IMG/VR virus record: IMGVR_UViG_3300034170_000023
Span: 19,208 to 83,207 of that record
Source: a virus
DNA: 64,000 bases
Direction: 5' to 3' (one strand)
Both the position numbers and the translations under genes were made by a program. Every line of letters begins with the position of its first letter. Position 1 is the first letter of the stretch. Shown one piece after another: positions 20,545 through 30,554 of this stretch. The notes below the pieces were generated by a model, which was not told the origin of the DNA, did no database searches, and saw only the letters and a list, made by a program, of their open reading frames with translations.

Positions 20545-22293
20545 TCAAAAGTCAACAATATGTGCAGGTACTTCTAGATTTTCTACTGATGGTGGTTCCA
20601 ATAGTTCTTCAATATATGGGTCAGAGGTTGCAAACATATGTGTTGTAGCACCATCATAACGTAACCATCCTGCATCTCCGGTGTTCCCAGTACGACGACA
20701 CTTAACTAATTGGAGCTTGGTAGCTGACTTTTTGATTGGGTCAGGATTCATCTTATCGCGGCTGATTAGAATTGTATTGAATGCAATTTGATTTAAAGAA
20801 CTGGAACCCATTAATTGGTATTCGGTGACAGCGTGCGGATTCTCTTCAGAAGGCTTCCTCATGTGACTAATCGCCACCACACAAGTATCTGTTTCCTTTG
20901 CAAACTTCAATAGTGTATCCATGAACTCAATGATCGCACCATTATCGCTACTATTCACACCTGCCTGAACTGGGTCGATAACAATTACATCACAGTTTTC
21001 AGCCTTCGCTAAGTAATTGAGCTTATCAAAAATCTCAGTGGTTGAAATGCTACCTTGGTGGTCAACATACACAAACTGATCTTTCTTTGCAAGGTTCTCA
21101 AAGAATCGATTCTTCAGCGCTTCAATATCCACATTCTCACGATTCACTGTACGCAAGTTCATACCGGCATCGAGTGAGAGCAGATCACGCACCACTTCAC
21201 GTTTAGTGCCTTCTAGATACATTGCACCCACTTTAAAGGTGGTGTTCTCAATGAGTGAATACACAATATTATTTACGATTGAACTTTTACCAATAGAGGT
21301 CAAAGCACCGATAATTGTAATCTCACCCTTTTCCATTCCCCCATTCATCATTTCATTAAGGTGTGCCCAAGAAGATGGAAATGGAATCTTTACGTTATTG
21401 TCTTCACTTTCAAAGTCATCCCACATTTGACTAAGGTGAAGGACATCTACACGACTGAATGGTGTGGCTTTCCAGAACAACTGTTTAAGCTCTGCTGTCC
21501 GACCAGTTTTAACCATATCGGAGGCATCTTTAACACCTGCTGGGAGCTTGGCAATAAAAGCTTTACCCGGAGTGAGTAGACGGGCAGCCTCTTCTACATA
21601 TTTTTGTGCTGATTCGTCTTGATCAAACGATAGGATTACTTTAGAGAAGCTATTAATGTATTCAAAGTTAGCCTTGAACTGTTTAATGATACTACCATCA
21701 CCACAAGTGACACTAACGCATGGTGTCCAGTATTCCACACCATCTTTCTTTGAGTAAAGTGCTTGAGCAAACGCTAAAGCATCTTCTTCCCCGGTCGTTA
21801 TGACCAAGTATTTCTGACCAGCTTCAAAGACAGATTGACCAAATAATTCATTAGTTGCTTTTGTGTTACCAATCCCAACGAAGTCTTTAGGGTTCAAACG
21901 TTTCTTAAAGCCTACAATTTTACCATCTGATGTTGATGGGTAGTAACGTGCTTTCACATCATAGTCATTCTCAATCTCTGTGTGAATACCATACTTGGTT
22001 GATACAGGTTGACCAATACCACGCTCACGCCACCCACGGAATGGGATTGCTTCAATATTTGAAAAATCAACTACTTCTGACACTTTGTTTTTCCCTTCTT
22101 TAATTTTAATACCAACTTCTTCAAGTTGATCGTGGTTGAAATAATTAGTGCAGACAAAGCAGAAAGCATCGTGTACTGGCTTCCCATCAATCTCTTTTAC
22201 ATATACTGCCATACCATCTGAAGAAGAACAATCATCTCCGATACAAGCGGCATGATATAGAAGCTCCCCTTCCGGTTTTTCGTATTTACTCAA
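20545..22293 (-). CDS. Primase-helicase (T7 gp4-like)
   Basis: Zn finger, Toprim (GEEDA, FDQD, KDASD), Walker A ALTSIGKS, SHMRK, GSSS, KCRRTG.TG. Confidence 0.92.
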   Translation of the reverse strand: MSKYEKPEGELLYHAACIGDDCSSSDGMAVYVKEIDGKPVHDAFCFVCTNYFNHDQLEEVGIKIKEGKNKVSEVVDFSNIEAIPFRGWRERGIGQPVSTKYGIHTEIENDYDVKARYYPSTSDGKIVGFKKRLNPKDFVGIGNTKATNELFGQSVFEAGQKYLVITTGEEDALAFAQALYSKKDGVEYWTPCVSVTCGDGSIIKQFKANFEYINSFSKVILSFDQDESAQKYVEEAARLLTPGKAFIAKLPAGVKDASDMVKTGRTAELKQLFWKATPFSRVDVLHLSQMWDDFESEDNNVKIPFPSSWAHLNEMMNGGMEKGEITIIGALTSIGKSSIVNNIVYSLIENTTFKVGAMYLEGTKREVVRDLLSLDAGMNLRTVNRENVDIEALKNRFFENLAKKDQFVYVDHQGSISTTEIFDKLNYLAKAENCDVIVIDPVQAGVNSSDNGAIIEFMDTLLKFAKETDTCVVAISHMRKPSEENPHAVTEYQLMGSSSLNQIAFNTILISRDKMNPDPIKKSATKLQLVKCRRTGNTGDAGWLRYDGATTHMFATSDPYIEELLEPPSVENLEVPAHIVDF

Positions 22294-22450
22294 AACGCTC
22301 TCCTAAATTATTCCCAACTATCTAACCAATCTTCCTAACCAACCCACTCTACCACACGCCCTATCACATTAGAATAGCCTAATCATAGCGTCTTTTAAGC
22401 CCTCTCGGGAGCGTTAGCGACCAACCCCTCACAAGGACACTCCCAAGTCC

Positions 22451-22484
22451 TCTAAACGCCTAGAAGGGTGCTAAAACGTGCATG
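22451..22484 (+). repeat. Dispersed intergenic motif, copy 1 (AAACGCCTAGAAGGGTG)
   Basis: Identical 17-mer at 27877-27893; related inverted copy at 53102-53135. Confidence 0.75.
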
Positions 22485-22506
22485 TTGAGGGGTTATTGTT
22501 TGACGC

Positions 22507-22872
22507 TTACCAAGAAGCTGATACAACTTCTTCATCGCCATACTTTAGAGTACAGAATGCTCCATAGCTCCAACCTGAGCCAGACCCTGCTGATAGATCA
22601 TACCCTAGAATCAGACCTTTCTCACCTCCAAGATCAAAGATGAAGTTAGCAACAACTCGTTCACCATCGCCACCGTCGTCATTGTAATCAATCTTAACGA
22701 TATCAAACAAGACTGCGTTATCAGCGTCTTCCAAGTCTTTTACTGCATCAATAACCTCTACGTCAGCACAACCACAGCAATCACCATCGTCCTGTTCAAT
22801 AGAAAGCGCCTGAACGATTTCTTTGTAAGTCTTACCGACCAAGTGTTGCATTATCTTTTCAGTTTTCATCAC
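22507..22872 (-). CDS. Hypothetical acidic protein
   Basis: ORF with GDCCG and GSGWSYG motifs. Confidence 0.6.
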   Translation of the reverse strand: MMKTEKIMQHLVGKTYKEIVQALSIEQDDGDCCGCADVEVIDAVKDLEDADNAVLFDIVKIDYNDDGGDGERVVANFIFDLGGEKGLILGYDLSAGSGSGWSYGAFCTLKYGDEEVVSASW

Positions 22873-23258
22873 TCATCCTCCCCAACAATCACCCAACTAT
22901 CATCTGTATAGTTAAACAGAACACTCTCATTCCCATCATATTCATCAATACGATACATGTTGCTGTCACCACTCTCTGCAATCTTTAATTCGGCGTATCG
23001 ACCAGAGGCATCATCACCTAATTGCTCTACCACTTGAACCAATACCTTATCATGTCGTTCGATGTTGTCATAGTACAACTCTTCTCGTCGGTCATCTACT
23101 AGGGCAACGCCTGTGACTGGTTGGAGGTAGTAGTGTGTGCATCCGTAAGAACCCTTCTCAGGATAAATATCAATCCCTTTCAATTTAGCATAAAGAATAT
23201 ATGCCTCATCACTCAGACCAAAACCACCATAGCAAGCATTGTACACTACTTTTAACAT
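22869..23258 (-). CDS. Conserved phage hypothetical protein
   Basis: KVVYNACYGGFGLS...RHD..LV.VVE.LG...YRIDEYDG.E. Confidence 0.7.
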   Translation of the reverse strand: MLKVVYNACYGGFGLSDEAYILYAKLKGIDIYPEKGSYGCTHYYLQPVTGVALVDDRREELYYDNIERHDKVLVQVVEQLGDDASGRYAELKIAESGDSNMYRIDEYDGNESVLFNYTDDSWVIVGEDE

Positions 23259-23811
23259 TATTTGTTTTCCTTTAGAATAGGAGCCTGCACAGCCACCATA
23301 ACACAATGCTCAGTTCGTGCAAGAGATTGTTCACAAATACGAATATCTTTCTTCATCTGATCAATGTCCCATACATATCCCATAGAAATAATACCCATTA
23401 GAAGTCCAAAAGTCCAAACATAAAGATTCTGTAGAATTTGCATTATTTAATCCTTTAACATTTTAATAGCAGAGAAGTTCATTCCTGCACATGCTGCACC
23501 AATGAACACGTTAAGATAGGAAACAAACTGTGCATTTCCCATAAGAATTTGTGTGCAGCTCATAGTGACCAACCCTACCCCAAACCATGCACCTAGTCTA
23601 CACATTGTTATGTCTTTCATCTTTCTCTCCATTTGTGTTTTCAATGGCACCCACTTTAACACATCAATTCCACCTGTCAACCCTCATCCCAACAAAATAC
23701 CCCTCAGTCTTCCTTGCTCTCCCATTGAATAAATTCACATCTATGAAAATCCCCTCTTGACTTCACCCCTTGATCTGTTATGATTGGCCTACATTAATTG
23801 AGGGGATTGTT

Positions 23812-24012
23812 ATGAAGAAACTTAAATTTGATAACCGTCGTTGTGTCTATTGTGAAGGTACCGTTGTAGCGATCTGGAGGGAATCAGGTACAGCCCCAAT
23901 CAAATTTGCTTGCGAGGCACACAAAGAAAAACTGCAAGCTTATGAAAGAACACAACGAGAGAAAGAAGGTTACTGTAAAGCCGCTGATTGGGCTACTTGG
24001 ATGAACCTATGA
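23812..24012 (+). CDS. Small Cys/His protein, first gene of the rightward block
   Basis: CxxC...CxxH; GAGGGG RBS; divergent promoter upstream. Confidence 0.55.
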   Translation: MKKLKFDNRRCVYCEGTVVAIWRESGTAPIKFACEAHKEKLQAYERTQREKEGYCKAADWATWMNL

Positions 24013-24060
24013 AACAAATCACAGCAGAAGATGTACGCCTACTCTAGAAAGAAACTGGTA
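24009..24060 (+). pseudogene. Remnant of an EF-Ts-N/UBA-like small gene
   Basis: MKQITAEDVRLL*KETG resembles the EF-Ts N-terminus pattern ITAxxVKxLRExTG; TAG at 24045-47. Confidence 0.4.
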
Positions 24061-24220
24061 CGGACTGGCGTCCTCTACACTCAAACGCCGTTATGGGCTT
24101 AAGGAGCAAAGAGATAAATTCTCTCCAAATTGACCAAACAAAAGATAAATTTACTTGCACCTGAAGTCTGAGATATCAGACAATTCACTTATGAATTTGA
24201 GTGACAACGAGGAAATAAAA

Positions 24221-25459
24221 GTGCAGACTAAAATTGAGCTTCTTGATTCAATCATGGGAAGTGGTAAGACACAGGGTGTGATTCAGTGGATGCTGAACAA
24301 TCCTCAGAACAAATACCTGTATGTTAGCCCAATGCTGACAGAAGTAGAAGAACGTATTCCTACAGCTTGTCAAGCACTGGAATTCACATACCCTTGCACA
24401 GAAGAATACAAGACTAAGGGCCAACACCTTCTTAAGCTTCTTGAAGAGGGCTGCAACGTTTCCTTTACACACTCGTTGTTTACTGACTTGACAAAGCAAC
24501 ACCTTGCACTGATACGGAAACATGAATATGTGTTGATTGTAGATGAAGAAGTAGCTTTCATTGAGCCGTACAAAGGTAACTACAGTCGTGATGATATTGT
24601 ATCGCTTGAGAAAGCTGGTCACATCAGGGTAGAAGAAGACAATCTTGGTCGTGTAGTTTGGCAGTGGTATGATGATAATGAAATGAATGACACTGCATAC
24701 AGCAAGCTTAAGAGAATGTCTGATCTAGGCATGTTGTACTGTGCTAAACGTGATCGTAAGATTATGGTTGTCCACTTACCAATTGAGTTAGTACAGTCTT
24801 CAAGACGTGTTATCCTTCTTACCTACCTCTTTAAAGGCAGTGTGATGGAATCCTTTATGGATCTTAAAGGGATTGAGATTGTACCATTTGCAGAAGTAAG
24901 ACCACTTAAATCAACAACTGATGTACTTAGTAAAGCTAAAAGCCTTATTACTTTTATTGATACAACTACTACAAAAACAGTTTCTAATCTCTCTATGTCT
25001 TCCACTTGGTACAGTAAAAATGCTACTACAGCAGATTTAGAAAAGGTTTCAAATGCTATCTTTTCTGTTTACCGTAAGTTTGGAGATAAAGAAAGTTTTA
25101 TCTTTACAGCTCCTAAGTCTCTGGCTGACTACCAATATGTAAAAGATGAAAAACTTAAACGTAACATTATACACAAGAAGATGCCTAAAGACGTAGACTG
25201 GATTTATTGTGGTACTAAAGCAACTAATATGTGGTCACATAAGTCTATTGCTGTCCATGCTTATAATAGATTTGTAAATACAGCTATCAAGGCTTACTTA
25301 CAGGATTATGGTACACCACCAGATGATGATATGTTTGCTTTATCTGAGATGGTACAGTGGATTTTCAGGACTTGTATCCGCAATGATGAGCCTTTACAAC
25401 TGTGTATTTTGAACAACAGAATGAAAGGTTTGCTTTGTAATTGGCTTAATGGAAATTAG
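24221..25459 (+). CDS. SF2-like helicase/ATPase, copy A
   Basis: Walker A MGSGKT, Walker B LIVDEE, motif VI-like QWIFRTCIR; GTG start with GAGG RBS (track ORF begins at 24155). Confidence 0.8.
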   Translation: MQTKIELLDSIMGSGKTQGVIQWMLNNPQNKYLYVSPMLTEVEERIPTACQALEFTYPCTEEYKTKGQHLLKLLEEGCNVSFTHSLFTDLTKQHLALIRKHEYVLIVDEEVAFIEPYKGNYSRDDIVSLEKAGHIRVEEDNLGRVVWQWYDDNEMNDTAYSKLKRMSDLGMLYCAKRDRKIMVVHLPIELVQSSRRVILLTYLFKGSVMESFMDLKGIEIVPFAEVRPLKSTTDVLSKAKSLITFIDTTTTKTVSNLSMSSTWYSKNATTADLEKVSNAIFSVYRKFGDKESFIFTAPKSLADYQYVKDEKLKRNIIHKKMPKDVDWIYCGTKATNMWSHKSIAVHAYNRFVNTAIKAYLQDYGTPPDDDMFALSEMVQWIFRTCIRNDEPLQLCILNNRMKGLLCNWLNGN

Positions 25460-25494
25460 TATTTGGGAAGTGAAACGTCCCACTTTTTTCTGGA

Positions 25495-25536
25495 AGCCTT
25501 GATCTACAAGGGCTGTAGAGGTGATCCCTTATAGTA
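25495..25536 (+). repeat. Conserved motif downstream of helicase A
   Basis: AGCCTT-loop-AGGGCT..AGAGGTG..CCCTTATAGTA; equivalent motif after helicase B. Confidence 0.75.
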
Positions 25537-25565
25537 AAAGATACTAAGAAGAGGGTTGATTTATC

Positions 25566-25859
25566 ATGACTATTGTGGTTAATAAATACAAAGTTAATAT
25601 GTCAGATCCCGATATTGTTTACATTGGAAGGGGTAGCCTATTTGGTAATCCTTTCAAAATGCATAAGGAAGATGACAGACTTAAAGTCATTGACCTGTAT
25701 AGGCATTGGCTATGGGAAGCTTTACAAGATGGTAAGATTACAAAAGAGATGCTTTTAGCTCTTGACGGTAAGAGGTTGGCCTGTTATTGTGCACCTAAAG
25801 CATGTCATGGTGATGTGTTGATTAAAGCTATTGAGTGGGCTAAAGGAGAACAGGGGTGA
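25566..25859 (+). CDS. DUF4326 protein
   Basis: VYIGRGS.FGNPF...L.GK.LACYCAP..CHGDVL. Confidence 0.85.
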   Translation: MTIVVNKYKVNMSDPDIVYIGRGSLFGNPFKMHKEDDRLKVIDLYRHWLWEALQDGKITKEMLLALDGKRLACYCAPKACHGDVLIKAIEWAKGEQG

Positions 25860-26222
25860 AAATAGAAATTCCAGATTTTGATAGGTTCAAAACAGAGTAT
25901 AATGAAGCTGTACAAAGAGGGTTGGCTGAATACAGATCGGATGATGAGCTTGTTATTCTCATCTTACAGTGTAATTTAGCTTCGTCGAAACGCTGGCAGA
26001 ATTTGTTTGTCCCAATTGGAGAATATCAATGAACTCTCGTGAAATTGTTTTGCTGAAATGGGTGCTATCTGAGTACAACTGGTCAAGTTCAAAACAGACA
26101 CAAGATCAGATGGTTAAAGAGTTATCAGGCTTACTTGAAAGCTAAGTGGGTAGAATGGGCTTGTAGAGAGAAGCCTATTAAGGTAGTATGGACGGGTAGA
26201 AATCAACCGGAGTGGGTGTAAT

Positions 26223-26435
26223 ATGAGAAATAAAATTATTGAGTATTCCTACAGAATTGTTGACATGGGTTGTGGTTGCTGCCAAGAAGGTCAATCTCAA
26301 TATTCTGTATGGGAGGATGGTGTACCGACTGTAGCAGACGAAGACTGCCCTATCATGAGTGACGAACAGGATCTGAGGGACTACCTCTCACACCTTGAAC
26401 CTTTTGATATTGATAAAGATTGTGAATTCTTTTAA
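26223..26435 (+). CDS. Hypothetical protein
   Basis: ORF with CGCC motif. Confidence 0.5.
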   Translation: MRNKIIEYSYRIVDMGCGCCQEGQSQYSVWEDGVPTVADEDCPIMSDEQDLRDYLSHLEPFDIDKDCEFF

Positions 26436-26510
26436 TAAGAGGTTACAGAATATGATTGAAATTAAAGATGTGATTGAGAGTGTGAATAAGTATATTAAGG
26501 AGATGAATAA

Positions 26511-26723
26511 ATGAACATAGCAACCTTTATCAAATGGCTCGAAACACATGATCAGGAATTGGAAGTAGCTGTTGTAGAGTATCGTGAAGAAGATGATTGG
26601 TGCTATAATGGTGAGGATGAGGTATTAAAAACTTTTGAATACGCTGATGGTGTTTGCTTTGATGACCCTATTAGGCAAGCTCGTGCGACTAAATACACAC
26701 TGACTCTAGGTGTTGAGAAATGA
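26511..26723 (+). CDS. Hypothetical protein
   Basis: AGGAG RBS. Confidence 0.55.
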   Translation: MNIATFIKWLETHDQELEVAVVEYREEDDWCYNGEDEVLKTFEYADGVCFDDPIRQARATKYTLTLGVEK

Positions 26724-26923
26724 AAGACATCCTAGGTACACCTATCCTCCTCAATCAGAAAGTAGTATTTGGCTCAGCAGGAAGTATGTCTCTTCGCGTT
26801 GGAACTATTGTCAAGGTATGCCCTAAGACAGTGATTATTAAACATGAAGAATATAATAATGGCTCTTACAGCACTATTGTAGAATCCCGTAGAAACTTTG
26901 ATGATGTGGTGGTGATAGGATGA
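26720..26923 (+). CDS. Small SH3-like hypothetical protein
   Basis: KD.LG......KVV...G.IVK..PKTV pattern. Confidence 0.55.
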   Translation: MKDILGTPILLNQKVVFGSAGSMSLRVGTIVKVCPKTVIIKHEEYNNGSYSTIVESRRNFDDVVVIG

Positions 26924-27430
26924 AAATACGACAAAGGTATCAAATGCTTCTCAGCATCCCATTGTGGTTTCCTGTAGTGGGTGTTATATTATTACTCTTA
27001 CTGATTTTTCTCCCTAAAACTTTTAATAGTAGTGGAAAGGAGTTTATTGAAATCTTGAAATTTGCGTGGAGGAATTAAATGACACTCCCTAAAACAAAGC
27101 TTGACATAGTGCTCTGCCTATCCGATAATTGTCCTAAGCGCTCATCTTGTACACGCTTTCTACAGGAGCCTAGAGCTATTCACCAAGCTTATTTGATATT
27201 GGCTGTTAGTGTGCCAGATGTGAATAAATGCAGATTTTACATTGAGGAGAAATGAGATGACCTTATTTGAAAGAGAATTAGATAACGCACTTAATATTAC
27301 AGAGCACTCCTATGATCATGGTAAATACCTATTCTCACGGGAAGAGTTAAAGTCACTTGTAGAGTGCATAAGCCTTGCTGTTATCTATAATCCAGAACTT
27401 CGTGACGAGATTTACAAGGAAAACAATTAA

Positions 27431-27646
27431 ATGAAACCTAAACGCACAGCTACTGTAAGTAAGAAAATCACCGACAACACACTAAAGAATAGTACTCGCT
27501 GGAATTGGCTCCTTGAGAACTATAGTAAGAAGTGGGAAGAGTTGTCGGAGGAAGGGAAAGAGTTCTTTGAAGCTCTAGAGACAGGAATGTTTGAGTTGAT
27601 TAATGAAGCGGCTGATCAGGCTTTGGCTGCTGGGGAGAAAGCTTAA
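27431..27646 (+). CDS. Hypothetical protein
   Basis: ORF with RBS. Confidence 0.5.
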   Translation: MKPKRTATVSKKITDNTLKNSTRWNWLLENYSKKWEELSEEGKEFFEALETGMFELINEAADQALAAGEKA

Positions 27647-27876
27647 TGATTATATTTGACAAATCATATTCAGACGAGAGTTTAGTTGACTTGAGCGAAC
27701 AAGTTATGGATGCTATTTGTGATGACTCTTTAAACCTACCAACAGATGAATATGGACTCCGTAAAGGTATTTTTAAAGTGGTAGTAACTTGGGAGAGTGA
27801 AGACTAACGAGGCTTAGAAACAGCCATATAAACACGCAGTGTGACAAACCCTATACATTCACCTAGGGAAGCTTGC

Positions 27877-27893
27877 AAACGCCTAGAAGGGTG
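27877..27893 (+). repeat. Dispersed intergenic motif, copy 2
   Basis: Identical to 22454-22470. Confidence 0.75.
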
Positions 27894-27942
27894 ATATAAT
27901 GCCTACAGAATCGGTATTTATGATTGAATTTGAGGAGAGGAT

Positions 27943-28386
27943 ATGAAAGATTTTAAATTGGCAATGGATAAAGTTAGTGTTGAGTGGACAGTGTACCAAT
28001 GTGATACATTCTCAGTAACTGTGAAATCTTGGAAGACTAAGAATTATGAATTCATTGAGAAAGGTTATGGTTCAGAATTCCGGCATCATTGGAATGTTTA
28101 CGCTAACATCTTCCACACACACCCAATCTATGAGACACCAGAGCTAGCCAAGGATCTACCTCTTCATGGTGGGTGTACATTTGACAAACAAACAATTTCT
28201 CAGCCAATCGGCGGTATTAGATATGATTGGCAGAAAGTAAGTAATACTCTTAAAGTTGGATCAGATTATAGTCACTACATGGATCACTTTGAAGATGAAG
28301 ATCCAGCTCGTGGCATCCCTCATGAAGTTTTTAATGATGCTGAAGCGTTGGTTGATGCTTTGTTGAACTGGAAAGAGTCGGAATAA
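27943..28386 (+). CDS. Conserved phage hypothetical protein
   Basis: WNVYA...HP...HGGCTF...G.DY.H..D motif. Confidence 0.65.
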   Translation: MKDFKLAMDKVSVEWTVYQCDTFSVTVKSWKTKNYEFIEKGYGSEFRHHWNVYANIFHTHPIYETPELAKDLPLHGGCTFDKQTISQPIGGIRYDWQKVSNTLKVGSDYSHYMDHFEDEDPARGIPHEVFNDAEALVDALLNWKESE

Positions 28387-28580
28387 TGGACACCACACTC
28401 TCAGATAAACTAACATCCCGTAAACTATGGATTGCTGTATGCTTTGAAATTGTCTTTACAATCCTTCTATGTTATGGCAAGTTACCTACAAGTGTTTATG
28501 AAAGCTTGTCTTATATGTTGTTAGGTGGTTATTATTTGAGCAATACAGCAACTAATATTATGTTGGCTAAGAAGAGTTAG
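28386..28580 (+). CDS. Small 2-TM holin-like membrane protein
   Basis: KLTSRKLW followed by two TM helices. Confidence 0.45.
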   Translation: MDTTLSDKLTSRKLWIAVCFEIVFTILLCYGKLPTSVYESLSYMLLGGYYLSNTATNIMLAKKS

Positions 28581-28584
28581 AGAT

Positions 28585-28935
28585 ATGTTGTCATATTGTA
28601 TAAAGAAAGCTTCAGAACTGCCCTTCACTCCTGATCAGAAGCGTCTGTACAGCGTCGTCCTAAACAAGAGAGGTCACATCATCTCAGAAGGTGCCAACTC
28701 TTACACTAAGACATCTAGTCGCCAATACAGGGCAGCTAAACGTGTGGGAATGCCTGAGAAGGTGTGTCTCCACTCAGAAGCGATTGCTCTCTTCAGGAGC
28801 AAGGGTAAAGGTGTAAAATTAGTAGTTGCACGAGTAAATTCTAAAGGAGAGGCTTGCCTATCTAAACCCTGTGACGTGTGTATGGAATTGGTGAGGTTAC
28901 ATGGTGGGATAAAGTCAATAGAATTCTCTGTGTAA
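28585..28935 (+). CDS. Zn-dependent cytidine/deoxycytidylate deaminase-fold protein
   Basis: HSE and KPCDVC zinc-ligand motifs. Confidence 0.8.
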   Translation: MLSYCIKKASELPFTPDQKRLYSVVLNKRGHIISEGANSYTKTSSRQYRAAKRVGMPEKVCLHSEAIALFRSKGKGVKLVVARVNSKGEACLSKPCDVCMELVRLHGGIKSIEFSV

Positions 28936-29027
28936 AAATTGTTGACAGCTATGTGGAAGTGATTCATAATCAGCCACAACATAGGCAAGAAGAGCTTCTT
29001 GCAAATATAATTAATTGGAGAGACGTG

Positions 29028-29396
29028 ATGACCACATTTACAAAAGATATGCTGCGTACAGGTATGCGTGTCAAGTACAATAATGATCAAACTGCAATGG
29101 TACTGAAAGACATTGGTATTCTTGCAATGGATGGCGGCTTTAATTTTCTTTCACACCTAGATGATGACATTCAAGACAAGGATAACAACGACAATACAGA
29201 ATGGAGCATTGATTCTGTATATGAAGGTTATGAAGGCAACTCTAATATTCTAGACTTAAAGAATCTTGGCAAATTAATCTGGAAACGTGAGGACAAATCA
29301 CCCGAACAAGTCCAACTGGACATTCTTCTAAAACAAATCTCAGAACTAAACACACAAGCTAATAAACTTCAAGAAACTATCAATGTGAAGGCATAA
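29028..29396 (+). CDS. Hypothetical protein
   Basis: TKDML.TGMRV...LIWKRE; GGAG RBS. Confidence 0.65.
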   Translation: MTTFTKDMLRTGMRVKYNNDQTAMVLKDIGILAMDGGFNFLSHLDDDIQDKDNNDNTEWSIDSVYEGYEGNSNILDLKNLGKLIWKREDKSPEQVQLDILLKQISELNTQANKLQETINVKA

Positions 29397-29407
29397 GGAG
29401 AGACATT

Positions 29408-29623
29408 GTGGAAATTGATATTCGTAAAGAAGACTTGACAGAAGTAGTTGATGTTATCCGGTTCAATGAAGATGGTATTTTGCAGAACGCACTAGACCAC
29501 TGTGTATTTGTAACAGACTCTGAAGATGGTGATCGATTTGCTGTTGAGTTGAATACAAAGAAAGATGCAGAACATCTCATTAAAGCTTTGGAGAAAGCCA
29601 TCAGTTTGGGGTGGTGGAAATGA
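29408..29623 (+). CDS. Hypothetical protein
   Basis: AAGGAG RBS. Confidence 0.6.
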   Translation: MEIDIRKEDLTEVVDVIRFNEDGILQNALDHCVFVTDSEDGDRFAVELNTKKDAEHLIKALEKAISLGWWK

Positions 29624-29877
29624 GCGATTGGTTTGATAGGGCAGAACAAGAAATCTCCAAAGATCATGACAATGGGGATCTCACTGATAAAGAGTATCAG
29701 CAAGCTATGAAAGACCTTCACCGAGAGTATGACGACTATGCTCACCAAGAAGCTCAGAACACCTACGACAGCTTCTATTAATCTGTAAAATAATCGAACA
29801 CACAGCTTGCTTTCCTTTACACACAACGTAGAATTGACGTCAGAAGCGGCATAAGCCGTCCAAAGGAGCTTAAAGAA

Positions 29878-30171
29878 GTGACTAACACAATTAATAATGT
29901 TGTCAAGTCAGCACAAGAAAACATTATCACCTTCCTAGAGGCTATGAATCAGGATAGTGACGCTGTACAAGATTGTAAATTTGCAGTTGGCCTGAATGTA
30001 AGCCTCTTAGAGAACCATTTCCAGCACTGGTTGTGGGTGGACTCGCCTACTTGGGTGGGGTATGACGAAGAAGAACGAGCTTATGCGCTTGATTTGGGAA
30101 GGATTGAAGAAGAAATGGCGTTGAATGGCTGGATTTACGACGCTGATGAAGGAAGCATCATTTCAAAATAA
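29878..30171 (+). CDS. Hypothetical protein
   Basis: AAGGAG RBS. Confidence 0.55.
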   Translation: MTNTINNVVKSAQENIITFLEAMNQDSDAVQDCKFAVGLNVSLLENHFQHWLWVDSPTWVGYDEEERAYALDLGRIEEEMALNGWIYDADEGSIISK

Positions 30172-30332
30172 TTAAATTCTCTTGTTGACAGACGTTTTTA
30201 CCTGAGCTAATCTATAACTACTGAAGCAGAGGTTGCTACCAAGAAGCCGGTAGCAGAAGTAAGGAAGTTCTTCAGAAGGTAGTAAGGAAACAACCTCACA
30301 TTTCGTGAGTCCTCCTGAAAATTTCTAGTAGA

Positions 30333-30554
30333 ATGGTGAATATTATGGCCGCATCGACTCAAGCAAAAGGTTCTTTTAGCCCTATCAACGGTAGCAAAGT
30401 TCGCCGTGTCTTTAATGAACATGAAATGTTCCTAGGCACCATTACAAAACTTGATGATGGCTCAGGTTACAGGGTTTTCAGGCTAAAAGATGGTAAAATT
30501 CGCACCAAACGTTATCTGGCAGATGCCTTTAAAAGTATTCGCCGCGACAATTAA
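30333..30554 (+). CDS. Small basic hypothetical protein
   Basis: ORF. Confidence 0.5.
   Translation: MVNIMAASTQAKGSFSPINGSKVRRVFNEHEMFLGTITKLDDGSGYRVFRLKDGKIRTKRYLADAFKSIRRDN

Noticed and set aside
26029-26221. Programmed frameshift between two overlapping short frames
   Set aside because: No slippery sequence or stimulator, and no recognisable protein to anchor the join.
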